This document shows positions 48,614-60,657 of a stretch of DNA of 64,000 bases, one piece after another. The DNA is from Novakomyces olei. Its lineage: Eukaryota. Every line of letters begins with the position of its first letter. The first letter of the stretch is position 1. Both the position numbers and the translations under genes were made by a program. The DNA is taken from assembly GCA_016906335.1 (NCBI GenBank), contig JADEYG010000002.1, forward strand, positions 682,001-746,000, written 5' to 3'. Below the pieces are notes generated by a model that had not been told where the DNA came from, ran no database searches, and saw only the letters and a program-made list of their open reading frames with translations.

Positions 48614-48755
48614 ACGGTAGGAGACAAGAGGACAAGCAGATCCAGCATTTTTCCCGTTTGCTTGGCTGCACCATCTCTATTTACCAGTCAGCTCACAGGT
48701 ATCAAGCCGTGTCTGCTCCGCGACATATTGGAACAGTCGAGTTGAATAGTTTGCC

Positions 48756-49559
48756 TTATGCCCGGGTCATATCTCTATTCAATTTGACCTCATGCACAGA
48801 CTGATAGTACCTATTTGGAGGTTCGCCTTTAGCGCCAAGGCGGTATAGTTTAAGCGTGTCAACAGGATACGACTGAAGGAAAATTCCAGAACTCTCGTTC
48901 AGTTCTGGAGCCCCTTCTTGCACAGCATTTCGCAGCAAATACAATGGAATCAAGGGCCGTCGCCGCCGTTCCTGCGAAACATTAAATATCGTGCAATGCG
49001 GCTGAACGTCAGTTGACTCTTTGCACGATAACGAAGCCTAGATATATACTTTTGAGATATACCTGGACAAACAATTCTTGATAAATGCAATAATTAAATT
49101 GAAACTGACTTACTGTAAACTCTTGATCTCGAGTCGAGGCCAACCCTTGTCCACGAAACGTTTCCCTCAGAAAATCTAAACCTTAAATATGTAAACCCTA
49201 AAGAATTATGGCTCACTGTGCAAACGTAACAGATGGACAATTGCATCTTCGTCGGGAGGCAAGTAAACAACTCGAGCCTCGTCGCCACGTTGGCCAAAAG
49301 CTTTCCAGCCTTTCAATGAAATGGTAAAATCAAAGCCCAATTCTGACTGTACGCGATCAAGCAGAGCAGACGCGTTTTCCACATCCTCCTTTGTAGGAAG
49401 AGTCAGCAGGGCAAGTGTTATATGCGACATGCCATTTCCACAGAACAAGCGTGGCCGGGCAGCAATTGCCGGCGGAAGTGAACGTAATAAACGGTCAAGC
49501 GATTCCTGCAATTGCCGACAGTGCAGCGGCACCGCTATAAAATGAGTCGGCCTATTCAT
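48756..49559 (-). CDS. AKAP7-like 2H phosphoesterase, 3 exons
   Basis: RPTHFIAVPL, first HxT motif (SHITL); splicing gives ..DQEFT|PHCTIFN, the second HxT motif. Confidence 0.82.
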
Positions 49560-49785
49560 GACGACACTGCATGTTAAGTTGTCTCAAATAATCAAGGTCA
49601 AGTCAGAATCAGGATTAGGGTTAGGGTTTGTTAAAACTAAATGTTTTCAGCTTATCAGGGTTAAATAAGGATATATTGTGTGAGGGTAGTGCTGTGCCGT
49701 TTCAAATCGTTTTATTATGCAAAGATCAGCCTTTGGCCGCCATTTATTCACGGCGTAAGATGCCGATCTCCAAGTGCCTCGTTCT

Positions 49786-50412
49786 ATGCAGCCATCAAGA
49801 TCGTTTGAGACGGAGAAGCCGTTCGCCAGCGATCGGTTGCGCAAAAGAGCACCGGTAAAGTTCCATCGTGCCCGAGATCTGGATACGACTGCGGACGCTA
49901 TTGAGAGCCGCGACATTTCAGCAGTACATGCAGCTGGAGCTAGTCGCAAAACAGATGTGGCCGATTTGTATAGGTCTATAGTGGAGGTTAAAAAGCCTCG
50001 GACTTTGGAGGCAAATACATGTGACGTCTGTGGTCTGATTGTTCGAGAGGACGAAAAGGACTCACACACTCGCTCGACTCCGCATTTAGCTTCACTGGAA
50101 CAAGTAGCGCCTTCTCTGAATCCTCTGCATTTGAAACCGGGCTCTATTGGATGGCGTATCTTACAGGACCAAGGCTGGTCTCACGAAGCTGGGATCGGTG
50201 CGGAAGGCCGCAAGGGACCACGGGAACCGATAAAAGCTGGACAATTAAAAAACGATACAATCGGTCTGGGTCTCGATGCAAAAGATTTGATGGTGGAAAA
50301 AGCGGTTAAAGCTCCGGAACAGCCTACCGCTGAAAACTTGAAGGCTATTAGACAGCAATACGAGCAGGACAAAAGGGCACGTAGCAACTTGATGAGATAT
50401 ATGTATACATAG
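49786..50412 (+). CDS. G-patch protein with C2H2-like zinc finger (GPANK1-like)
   Basis: CDVC..H..S..H followed by G-patch IGWRILQDQGW..GIGAEGRKG..EPI..KNDTIGLG. First in-frame ATG at 49786; start uncertain. Confidence 0.83.
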   Translation: MQPSRSFETEKPFASDRLRKRAPVKFHRARDLDTTADAIESRDISAVHAAGASRKTDVADLYRSIVEVKKPRTLEANTCDVCGLIVREDEKDSHTRSTPHLASLEQVAPSLNPLHLKPGSIGWRILQDQGWSHEAGIGAEGRKGPREPIKAGQLKNDTIGLGLDAKDLMVEKAVKAPEQPTAENLKAIRQQYEQDKRARSNLMRYMYT

Positions 50413-50592
50413 CCATTAGTTCCTAATTACTTTATCAACCCAATAAAAAAAGAAGTGTGTGTTTGGCGAGCCGATCAACGCAAGCTCGCCTGATTTGGGT
50501 GCCAACCCTAAAACAGACTGTTAACCCTAATAAAGTATAACAATTCAGTAAATTCAATTTCGATCTAATTCAACACAAGCAATGGCAGCGCT

Positions 50593-53500
50593 CTAATGAG
50601 CCCCCATGACCTTTGTTTCACTGCCCGAGTTCTTCTCGGGGTACTTTTCAAGCAGAGCCTGTGCCTCTAGAATAACCTTTGGAGGGTAGCCAAGCACCCG
50701 CATTTCGTCAAAATTAGCCCTAGCCTCAGCCAGCTTTCCTAGCCGCAGGTTTAGGCCGATGATAATATTGTAGGTACTCGGTTCGCGTCCCTCCTTGCCG
50801 GCGGAGAAAGGCAGTGCTGCAAATTCAGCAAAAGCTTCGTCGTACATGCCCGCCTTTGCAAAAGTCCTTATAATAATATTTGCGCAATAAGCAGTTTCCT
50901 TGATGCCAAAGTATTCCATGTCCTTTTTCACAAGAGGAATAAAGTCAATCATTTCGCAAGCCTCAATAGCGGACAGCATACTCTGAAATACGAGTAGTGT
51001 AATGTGCTTTGAAAGCCTTTTATCGTTTAACTTTCTGTCAAATTTATTATCCTCTGCTTTTTTGTCAGCAGCGCTTACACCTTTGTCATTTGCGGAGGCA
51101 GTTTCCGCCGAGGCCATTGCCTTTTCTTTAGCCTTTGTATACAGCTCAAGAGCACGATCAAACTGCTTTAGCCTTGTACCAAAGCAATCAATGAGGGAGG
51201 CATAATGCATGGGCTCCAGTTCGTACCCATATTTAGTCATTGCATCCAAAATTTCGTTGGCTCCTCCCTGTAAGTCGCCGCTAGAGGTTATTGCGTCCAA
51301 CATTATTTTAAAAGTAAACGGCGTTGGTTGCAGGTTTTGCCGAATCATGTGCTCAACGACCTGAGCTGCCCGGGAATTATCATGTTTGCTCCCATAGTAC
51401 TGAATCATCATATGATAGGGATAATGCGACATGCCGCCGGGCAAAACGTTTTCGTATTCCAGCAATTTAGACTCGGCCATATCGGGCCGATCGGCCCGAA
51501 GAGCAGCGTAGATAATTGCACCAATAGTGACCTGCGTGGGCTCCAGCCCACGCTGACACATTTCGTCAAATAAATGTAAACAGTCTTGGAAGCGACGACA
51601 TTTCCCAAGCTTTGATATTGTAGTGTTGTACAGGAAAACACTGGGGACTACATTGTACTGCTTGGCTTCGTTAAACAGGCCCATAGCAATACTCGCTTGA
51701 TCATTATCGACGGAGGATAGATGGTGGATCATGGCTCCATAGGCATTAGCATTAGGGCAGTAGCCATAAGTAGCCATTTCTTCTTGCAGCTCAACTACGC
51801 GACGCGTATTTTTGTCTCCAGCGTAGGCAATTATCAGGTTATTTAGCATCCAAGAATACACTAAATCACGCTGCGCCCGAGTCAATTCCCATACTGGCAT
51901 CTCCAATTTGGATTTAGCCAGCTGAAACATTTGTTCACTCTCCTGCAATCGGTCCAATTTTGCCAATTTCTCTATTATTCGAGGGTAAATTGTGGGGTAG
52001 AGCAGAGCACCGTCCGCAATAACTTGCTGACAGGCTTTAACAAACTGCTGAGCTGCCTCCTTGGATCCTTCTTTTGAGGTATTTGTCTTAAAAAACTTCA
52101 TTCTAGCGGGAGAAACGGGCATCGCACGCTTGTAGACAAAATTGAGTCTGCGCGTCGAAATATCTCGAAGCATTTCCACAGTTTTGGCTGCTGGTAAAAT
52201 GGCGCTTGAGCCAGTAGCAGCCGCATAGGCTGATTCGTCCCCGTTCCCATACTTTCCTGCTGCATCCTCGTTTTCTTGCTGGCCATGGACTTGCAACCAG
52301 CTGCTGACAAGCGTCTCCAGCTCCCGCTCGCCATAAAGCCCGAGGTTCTTGAACACTGCGATTACTTGGCCCGAGGCTGAATGGCCCTGAGACGAAGAAG
52401 CCTTGATGGCAGAGCGCACAACGTCCATTAACAACGGCCGCAAAGATTGCCAGTCCTTTTGTGCTCTATCGCGTTTATCCTTCTTGAGCCATGCGGAATA
52501 AAATTTGTCACTATACGGGATAAGATTGTCGCCAAAGACAGAGTCAAACACGAGAACTTTGGCAACAATTACGCTGACTGCTAAAAGATTCTCCACCGGG
52601 TCTTGAAAGGTAGTCAGGGCGGAAGACGAAGAAGCCACAGGGTAATTGTATGGGTCTTTTGTCAATGGTTTTGTGAGCTCTTTTGCAAACACGTCGGTGC
52701 CAGAATTCAAGTGCTTGTGAGAGTTTTCCAATAGTACTTTGAACAGACTCTGAGCCGGAGAGGATGACAAGTCTTCAAGGCTAAAATTTTGCAGCAAAAA
52801 CGCTTGCAATGCAACGTTCTTGTCAAACGCAAGCCGATCGTGCTGGCACATTACTCTGGCCGCCTTGTCGAGCAGTATTAAATGTGCCGTTGCAGAGTAA
52901 GGGAACCGCTGCTCACTAAAACAGATCTGATCAAACATTCGATCTGCCTCCTCTGCGAAGCGAGGAACTTGCGACTCAATCAAGTGTTGCATCAGGGACA
53001 CACCTGCAGTAGCCGGATGGTACCCAGAGACAGAGTAAACGAGTCCGTAAACGTGGGATGCGTATTCGACATTGCCCTCCCGTAAAAGCATCAGTATAAA
53101 AGCGTCATAGGCCTCGTGGAGGTGCGCAGCGTCCCAGTACATGCTTGATTGGGAATCGGTGACGTAGCGCTTGAATACCTGCGTTGCTTCAGCACTGGCA
53201 TCGTGCTCCGAAAGCCATCTAAGTAGGACAGCGTGAACGGAAAAAGTAGGATCAACTACTCTTGTCTCCAACACCTCCATTGCCTTTTTAACCTGATCCG
53301 ACTTCAAGAGTGCCACAAGATACTCTGTCCATAATGGAGCGGGGACTTGGGGCATGCGCTCAACGATGCGATTGAAAAACTCTATTCCACCCTCATAATC
53401 CCCACTCGAGACGTACGCCTTTATCATTTCTGCGTAAATTACACGTTCATCATCGTGGCTTCCAAAGGCAGATTTGGTGGCAAGCGCCTTGTACTCGTTG

Positions 53501-54675
53501 TAACATTCAATCGCTGTTGTCATATCTTGAGCGCTTCCAACTACCTCGATCAGGGTCCGGAAAACAGTGATACTGGGCCGATAGGACCGCGCGTCTTCAA
53601 AGGCCTGGAAGACTTTAAGCAGCTGGTCAAAGTACCGAGTCCCGGAAAACGATCGTATGCAATCAACGTACCCGGTGAAGGAGAACGAATTGGCATGCCG
53701 GCTCTTTCTCATCAGGGAGACTATATCGACCATGACATCATAGACTGTGACAAATTTTGAGGGGTCAGAGGGCAGGTACCATCGGGTATTTACTTTATCG
53801 TCTTCTAGCGGAGATAGAGCAGATACGGTGGGCTCCAGGTTTGCTCTTATAAGCGCCCGTTGGTCCCCCTGTGTCTTTAACGCTCGGCAAGCAAGACCCT
53901 CGAGGGCGACAGCAAAAGCAATATTCTCTGGCTGTTCGCCCTTGGAGATGATAAAAGTAAGCATGGAAATAATGCGCCGAACGTCCAGCTCAGTGTACGA
54001 CATTTTATGGGACACACGGACGCCTTGAATCAGGGTGGAGATGATAGCTGACGTCTGCAGTTTGGGAACGTTGTTCACAATGTGAAGAAAGATATCGTAC
54101 ATTCGCTGACTGGAATAGTGATCCGATTTAGCCTCCCAAGTTTGAGCAACTAATTTTCGCAGTTCATCCTCAGTCAAACTGGTCAGGTCCGTGGCAAAAG
54201 TGTAGGCTGAAGTGCACAGCGGGTCGTCCTGTGATAGCAGCGTGGGAGCGGACACTGAAGACTTTGCCGGTGTATCACGTGCGCGTTCATCCACGGCCTG
54301 GACTGTGCACGTAGACGAAAAACGACGCACAGAAGGAGTGGCATTAGCAGCAGCAGCTGCTGCTGCTCCAGTAGGCAGAGGCCTTGGGGTATCATCGTTG
54401 CCAGCAGTAGAAGAAATGGCCGGAGCAAAAGGAGCCTGCAAGCTGACGGAAGAAGAGGAGGAGGAGGAGGAGGAATTGAATTGAGGCCCTGCCTGTTGCT
54501 GAGGGGCCCAGTGTAGGCTGAGGCTGTGGTTGACAAAACTGCGATTTGGGACATTGGGTACAGAGACGGCTGAGGGAGCAGCGGCAGCTGAAGACGACGA
54601 GGATGGATTGAAAAGGTACTTTGCCAGATTCTGCCTGGCCACGTTGGACAAGAACGCGGCTTTCAAGTACACCAT
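50593..54675 (-). CDS. Large mitochondrial pentatricopeptide-repeat protein
   Basis: 1360-aa intronless ORF; PPR motifs such as PSVFLYNTTISKLGKCRR..LFDEM..GLEPTQVT and REPSTYN. Confidence 0.9.
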   Translation of the reverse strand: MVYLKAAFLSNVARQNLAKYLFNPSSSSSAAAAPSAVSVPNVPNRSFVNHSLSLHWAPQQQAGPQFNSSSSSSSSSVSLQAPFAPAISSTAGNDDTPRPLPTGAAAAAAANATPSVRRFSSTCTVQAVDERARDTPAKSSVSAPTLLSQDDPLCTSAYTFATDLTSLTEDELRKLVAQTWEAKSDHYSSQRMYDIFLHIVNNVPKLQTSAIISTLIQGVRVSHKMSYTELDVRRIISMLTFIISKGEQPENIAFAVALEGLACRALKTQGDQRALIRANLEPTVSALSPLEDDKVNTRWYLPSDPSKFVTVYDVMVDIVSLMRKSRHANSFSFTGYVDCIRSFSGTRYFDQLLKVFQAFEDARSYRPSITVFRTLIEVVGSAQDMTTAIECYNEYKALATKSAFGSHDDERVIYAEMIKAYVSSGDYEGGIEFFNRIVERMPQVPAPLWTEYLVALLKSDQVKKAMEVLETRVVDPTFSVHAVLLRWLSEHDASAEATQVFKRYVTDSQSSMYWDAAHLHEAYDAFILMLLREGNVEYASHVYGLVYSVSGYHPATAGVSLMQHLIESQVPRFAEEADRMFDQICFSEQRFPYSATAHLILLDKAARVMCQHDRLAFDKNVALQAFLLQNFSLEDLSSSPAQSLFKVLLENSHKHLNSGTDVFAKELTKPLTKDPYNYPVASSSSALTTFQDPVENLLAVSVIVAKVLVFDSVFGDNLIPYSDKFYSAWLKKDKRDRAQKDWQSLRPLLMDVVRSAIKASSSQGHSASGQVIAVFKNLGLYGERELETLVSSWLQVHGQQENEDAAGKYGNGDESAYAAATGSSAILPAAKTVEMLRDISTRRLNFVYKRAMPVSPARMKFFKTNTSKEGSKEAAQQFVKACQQVIADGALLYPTIYPRIIEKLAKLDRLQESEQMFQLAKSKLEMPVWELTRAQRDLVYSWMLNNLIIAYAGDKNTRRVVELQEEMATYGYCPNANAYGAMIHHLSSVDNDQASIAMGLFNEAKQYNVVPSVFLYNTTISKLGKCRRFQDCLHLFDEMCQRGLEPTQVTIGAIIYAALRADRPDMAESKLLEYENVLPGGMSHYPYHMMIQYYGSKHDNSRAAQVVEHMIRQNLQPTPFTFKIMLDAITSSGDLQGGANEILDAMTKYGYELEPMHYASLIDCFGTRLKQFDRALELYTKAKEKAMASAETASANDKGVSAADKKAEDNKFDRKLNDKRLSKHITLLVFQSMLSAIEACEMIDFIPLVKKDMEYFGIKETAYCANIIIRTFAKAGMYDEAFAEFAALPFSAGKEGREPSTYNIIIGLNLRLGKLAEARANFDEMRVLGYPPKVILEAQALLEKYPEKNSGSETKVMGAH

Positions 54676-56328
54676 TGTGCAATCAGATAACGATTCCTAT
54701 AGCGCAAGGTCCGCAGGCGGTGTGATACTTGCAAATGCTGGCAAGTATCCAAACTGGGCCGCTCGCCGTCACTGCCAGCGGATCAGAGTATGGAAACACT
54801 GGAGCCGATCGTAATCAACGACTCGGAAAACTTTTGCTGTCTCGGCCTGATGAAAAGAGCAGACGCAACAGACGCACGCGCCAATGGGAAACCGATCAAT
54901 TTTTTGGTTCTCGAGCAGTGGCAATGCTTAGCGTGGTTCCATTGCACTGTGCGATTAGCACTGATCTCTTTCACGATACCGTGAACGAACGCAACGCGCA
55001 CGCCTCAACGCCGAAAACAAAAATATAATCGATCAGATACGTACGTAAGAGTCGAGGGTTATATAATAATTTTTTCCTGTTCCTATTATATATGGAAAAG
55101 CGCGCTCGGCCTACCATGCGCCGTACATCGGTGTTATAATGCCCGACCCCGAGCTGCGCAAGTAATGTATTGCGAACGTTTATTCTACACATAAACTAGT
55201 AGCTAGATATATACAATAGTTTAGGGTTATGGTTAGTTATGGTTAGTTATGGTTAGCGTCTTGAAAACCCTAGCCAGCCCATCCAATACAAATACTTCAA
55301 CAAAAGCACTTCCTGCAAGAGTTGAAGGACGTATAGGTAAGGCGGAAAATCTACAGAGAGCAAAAGGTAGAAAACCAACGGCAAAGTAGCTTTACTGTGG
55401 AGCTTACTGTGGAGCTCGTGTGACTGTATTGCCGAGCGAGTATATATATGATAGGACCCCTATCATACAATCTTAATATAGATTATCATAATCTAAAGTT
55501 TGGATTACTCGCTCGATGCTCCTCACGACTGAAGCTATACTAGCGTTTCCTCCCTACAGACATCCTGTTACTCCTTTGGGATTGCAATGCCTTGGAGCCT
55601 TTGACAAAATGCCCTTGTAAAGCTGGCATTCAAGGTTCATCCTTTGCCTCGTTCGTAGACTATATAAACAGGGAATGTCCTTCAAAAGAACTGTATAATT
55701 GAATAGACTTGTTTTATCCTACCAACCCATTATCCGTGCTCAAGAAAATAAGCAGTGGGATCGAGGAACCACGAATTAATTTAATTATTAAATAATTAAC
55801 TTGACGCTAAACACATACAATAATAGACTAAACAAAAAGTGTGCAGTGCAGTATTGTGACAGAATCCAGTTTGTAATTTATTTAATAAATACTCGTTAAT
55901 ACACGTACCAATGCTCCCCATATTGCATTTAGCATTTGGACCCGTTTGGTCGGACGTATGAACCAATTTTCCACAGCCTTTCCTCGCTGGTGACAATTGC
56001 GAGGCACGTTTTGCACGTGCCAGACACTGAAAAAAATAAAGGCGGTTGCTCTATATAGCGTTGAACGCGTAAGACTTGGCCTCTTTTTGTTCACCCGCGT
56101 TTTTATTGTCAAGTGGCATTTCAATACTGCTCCTGCGCGAGTTCTGCCTCAGCACTGCCGCACAATAAAGTCCAAACTGTTCGCACTCATACCGTTCGCC
56201 CATCCGCTGTGAAGTAGCGGCTCCCCAACGCTTTTTTAGTGGTTGGTGTGCTGGGTAAACTTTATTCTACAACTTGACCTTATACAAAACATTTTGCTAA
56301 TCTGAACCAGGAGCGTTCAGAGAGAACT

Positions 56329-58220
56329 ATGCTACTTTGGCAAGATCGAAGATCTTTACTGGCAGTGATCGCGACTGCAGTCGCGATCACTTCTGCACTC
56401 GCGTATCAGCATCCATTGGACGCGTGTCCCCAGTATCAGCGATACGCCAGTCTTCGTCACCGACCGTTTTCTACAGGTAAGTGCTGCAAGTATCTTCAAG
56501 CATTTGCCTGCAAGGCCTTTGAAGCAATATGGCATAAATTTGATACTGATCTGAGAATAATGCCCATGTTAAAAACAGTCATTGATAAATCAAAAAAGTA
56601 GAACCCTTGTGCTAATCATTATGCAAGGCACACTAGCCCTTCCACTACAACGGCCAGTTCCGCTGTGCCGGACTTTCCACTCGGATGCGGTTGAACAGGA
56701 AATTGAACGCGTCACGCAGATCATCAGCGACCCCGATTTAGCCCGATTATTTGAAAATTGTTTCCCCAACACGCTTGATACAACGGTTCGATGGCACGAC
56801 AATAACACAGAGTACCCCTTGTCGTTTGTTATAACGGGAGATATTAACGCGTTATGGCTACGCGATTCAGCATACCAACTTGAACCTTATTTCCGATTTG
56901 CAAAGGGGGACAAGAGCTTGCAATCACTGCTATTGGGTGCGGTTAATTTGCAGGCAGAATATATTTCAAAATTCCCTTATTGCAACGCTTTTCAGGCTCC
57001 CAAAGCCGCCCAATTTGGACCCTCTCAAAATGGCCAATCAGATCAGGTTCACCCGGCTTATGATCCCGCCGTTGTTTTCGAATGCAAATACGAAATTGAT
57101 AGTATTGCCAGTTTTCTTCACATTTCTCAGCGATATTATTCTGTTACTCGCGACGCGAGTATGTTTAGGGAATCCTGGTTTTTTGCTCTACGAACAGTGC
57201 TACGTCTTATCGATGAACAGCGAACGCCTTCCTTTGACGTGCGCAGTGGCCGTTGGCGGGCACCTTTTTATTCGTTTAAAAGGCACACCGAAAGTGGTAC
57301 CGAGACTCTGGCTCTCAATGGCGCGGGGCATCCGGTTAATGCTAATACTTCTCTAGTACGAAGTGCATTTAGACCGTCTGATGATGCGACTATTTTCCAG
57401 TTTTTTGTTCCTGGAAATGCAATGATTTCTGTTGAACTTGAGCGCACTGCAGATATGCTTCAATCTGCTCTTAAAATCTTGCCAAACAGACTAAGGCAGA
57501 CGGCCACGAGTCTGGCGGAGAGAGCGCACAATTATTCGCAGTCTATTCGTGAGGGGATTATGCAACACGCTGTCATTTCTCATCCAGTATTTGGCAAAGT
57601 ATTTGCTTATGAGATTGATGGATACGGTGGCACTTTATTCATGGGTAGTGCTGATTGCTATAATTATTATTTACTTTTTTATTTATTTAATTTCTTAATT
57701 ACAGTTTATGCTGACTGTATTTAGACGACGCGAATGTGCCCAGCCTTCTCTCTTTACCGTATCTCGGATTTATCAAAAATGATGATCCTATATATCAAAA
57801 TACTCGTAAAATGGTGCTTTCAAATGCTGGAAATCCGTACTATCTAGTTGGCAGTGCTATTAGCGGTATTGGTGGACCTCACGTCGGTCCATCGAACGCC
57901 TGGCCTCTAAGCCTGATGGTACAGGCTCTCACAACCGACGACGATTCGGAAATTGACCAAATTCTTGATACTCTGAGAACTAGTACTGCGAATCTAGGGC
58001 TAATGCACGAGAGCGTACACGTTGATAATATCGGACGTTTCACCAGACCATGGTATTTCTCTGAAAAAATGAAGATTTGATTTACATAAAACTTGGTTTC
58101 TGTTGTCTTTTGCTAAAAAGTTTCAGGTTTGCATGGGCAAATTCGTTGTTTGCAACTCTCATTCTGGACTTGGAGCAACGAAAACCGCATCTGCTTCAAA
58201 AAGGACCGGCTGCTATTTGA
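56329..58220 (+). CDS. Secreted glycoside hydrolase family 125 (exo-alpha-1,6-mannosidase-like; Mug157-like), 4 coding exons
   Basis: Signal peptide; LFENCFPNTLDTT, ITGDINALWLRDS, FECKYEIDS, FRPSDD, AYEIDG, DDANVPSLLSLP, MHES, FTRPW|FAWANS. Confidence 0.93.
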
Positions 58221-58660
58221 TTGAAGCATAGAAAAGCGTTATAGAGGTTTTGTGTTTAATGATTAAAGGTCCTGCGTTTTGTTTGGAATATACAGTTTTT
58301 AATTTATAATAATTGTAAAATTGGTTTTTGGAGACATACATCCAGCGTTTCATAACCTGAGCTTCGTTTTGAGTTTATGATCAAATACCCGTATATAGAT
58401 GCTTCAGTTCCGTAGATCCATAGTTTCTTATCCTGATTTTTGATGATAGAACGCGGTATCACCTTAATTTGCACAGACGATTCCAAATAAAACAGGTTTT
58501 ATTTGGACTAATCCTAACCCTAAGATAACTTTCTTGTAGAAGGGTTAAATTTGATATTAGTAATAATCAACCCAAATCATGTCCGTGTAACGAAATCCAC
58601 TCATACAATATTTCATCATATCTAGTAATTAGACCCAGTATTGCGGTGTCATGTGACTTG

Positions 58661-60064
58661 ATGGCTCATCAAGTCGAGACCGCACAGAGCTCTGCGAAAA
58701 CGAAAACTGTACCATGCAAATACAAAACTGGCCGTACCCTTGGCCAAGGCACTTATGCCGTAGTGAAGGAGGCAGTACACGTTGAAACGGGAAAGTAATG
58801 ATTGCAATAGTCGAGGCTAAGAACGCTTCTAATCCAAAGGTACTATGCAGCGAAAATCATCAGCAAGAAGTTGATGGCGGGCCGAGAGCATATGGTATTT
58901 ATCTCCTTGTCCCCGTCATTCATATTTTGCTTATAGACTAGATTCGCAACGAAATCGCCATTCTAAAAAGGCTCTCAATAGGCCATCGCAATATTCTCAG
59001 TCTTGTCGATTATTTCGAAACATACAATAATCGTAAGCGACTGAATTATAAAAAGCTTTATTCTAACTTTGGCTTTTTCAGTTTACCTCATCCTGGAGCT
59101 TGCATTAGGCGGCGAATTGTTTGACAGAATTTGTCGCAAAGGTTCTTATTATGAGTCGGACGCAGCAGAACTTGTACAATCGATTGTTTCTGCGGTCGCG
59201 TACCTTCACGATCACGGTGTTGTTCATCGAGGTATATTTATTATATTTAGGTTTATTCTTTATTTGATTCATTCTGCTCATACCACAGACTTAAAACCGG
59301 AAAACTTGTTGTTTCGCGGCCCAGAAGAGCATTCTGATTTGCTCATTGCGGATTTCGGACTTTCGCGTATAATTGACGAGGACAAATTTAATGTTCTTAC
59401 TACAACGTGTGGAACGCCGGGATACATGGTAAGCTGTTAATGTGAGGAATGGGTTGATACTAATCATCTAGGCGCCAGAAATTTTAACAAAGAAAGGCCA
59501 CGGAAAGCCAGTGTAATTAATTATAAATGTTACCAAGTGGTTTGTGTTTCTAACGTCAATGACAGGGATATATGGGCTATCGGGGTTATTACATATTTCA
59601 TGCTATGTGGGTACGCGCCATTTGATCGTGATTCAGGCGTTGAAGAGTTTCGTGCCATCATAACGGGTGATGTAAGGTTTGAGCCCTTTGAATACTGGGC
59701 ACATATATCGGACGCAGGTAGATATTCCTTCTTTTTTTCAATAGATTTTAGTATATTTTTTTCTAATTGGTCTAATACAAACAGCTCGAGATTTTGTCAG
59801 AAAATGCCTAACGGTTGATCAGCACAAACGTATTACAGCAAGAGAGGCGCTGGATCATGTGTTTATAAACCGGGAGATTTTCGATCGTACTGGGACTGAT
59901 TTGCTGCCGACAGTCAGAAGCAATTTCAATGCAAAGAAGTATGCTTTTACAGTTTACAATTTATCTTGTTGTTGCTAGTACTCTAACCGATATGAAGAGC
60001 GTTCCATGTTGCTTTTAATGCTATTCAAGCAATAAACGCAATGAAAGCTATGGGGCACTCATGA
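58661..60064 (+). CDS. CMK1: Calcium/calmodulin-dependent protein kinase I (Cmk1), 9 exons
   Basis: PCKYKTGRTLGQGTYAVVKEA, GGELFDRI, HR|DLKPEN, ADFGLS, TTCGTPGYM|APE, C-terminal calmodulin-binding NFNAK..AINAM; 8 short GT-AG introns. Confidence 0.93.
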
Positions 60065-60584
60065 CTGCCTTACGGCTTTTAATTTCGACTTCCTTTGCAA
60101 AGGAGTAAAGTATTTATCTGCTTTGACAGGCGTACATATTCAGTTGCTTGACTTGTGGCTGATTAGTTGCGTATACCAGGCCATTAAACAGTTATGACTT
60201 GCTATGCTGAATTTGGTTGACTGTATTCTAAGTCGATTTCGTGGGAGTAAACGGCAATACGTTTGGGCTGCTCGTTTATTGACGGCTTCTTTTTCTTCAT
60301 GAAAGCCTTTGCAGCTTTCAAATGCTTTTGGCGCGTGCTTACTGAAGTTTGTCATGCGCACATGTATGTACAGGAAGATATAAGACATTCTCAAGGGCAA
60401 ACTGTTTTGGGACGGAGTAGTAGTTTATGTTTCCCGACCTTTCAGCCTATTTCTTTAGATCAGGGTTAGTTAGCGTTAGTTAGGGTATATGTTATTAAAT
60501 CAATAATAATAAGCATATTCTGCCAACAAGGTAAATAATACGCTGCGCATACTATCATACTGTATTGTTATCTTAATTAAAGCT

Positions 60585-60656
60585 ACGCGTCGCTGCAAGA
60601 ATGAATATTCTGAATAATGTGCCTTGATTTGATTGAATATTTAACAGAAAACGCGT
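60585..60656. promoter_or_regulatory. Two MCB-like (ACGCGT) elements upstream of the Pol delta subunit
   Basis: ACGCGT at 60585-60590 and 60651-60656. Confidence 0.5.
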
Positions 60657-60657
60657 C

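Noticed and set aside
55343-55420. RNase MRP-like GGAGCTTAC motif
   Set aside because: It is part of a short local duplication (TTACTGTGGAGC) and there is too little sequence between putative conserved regions.
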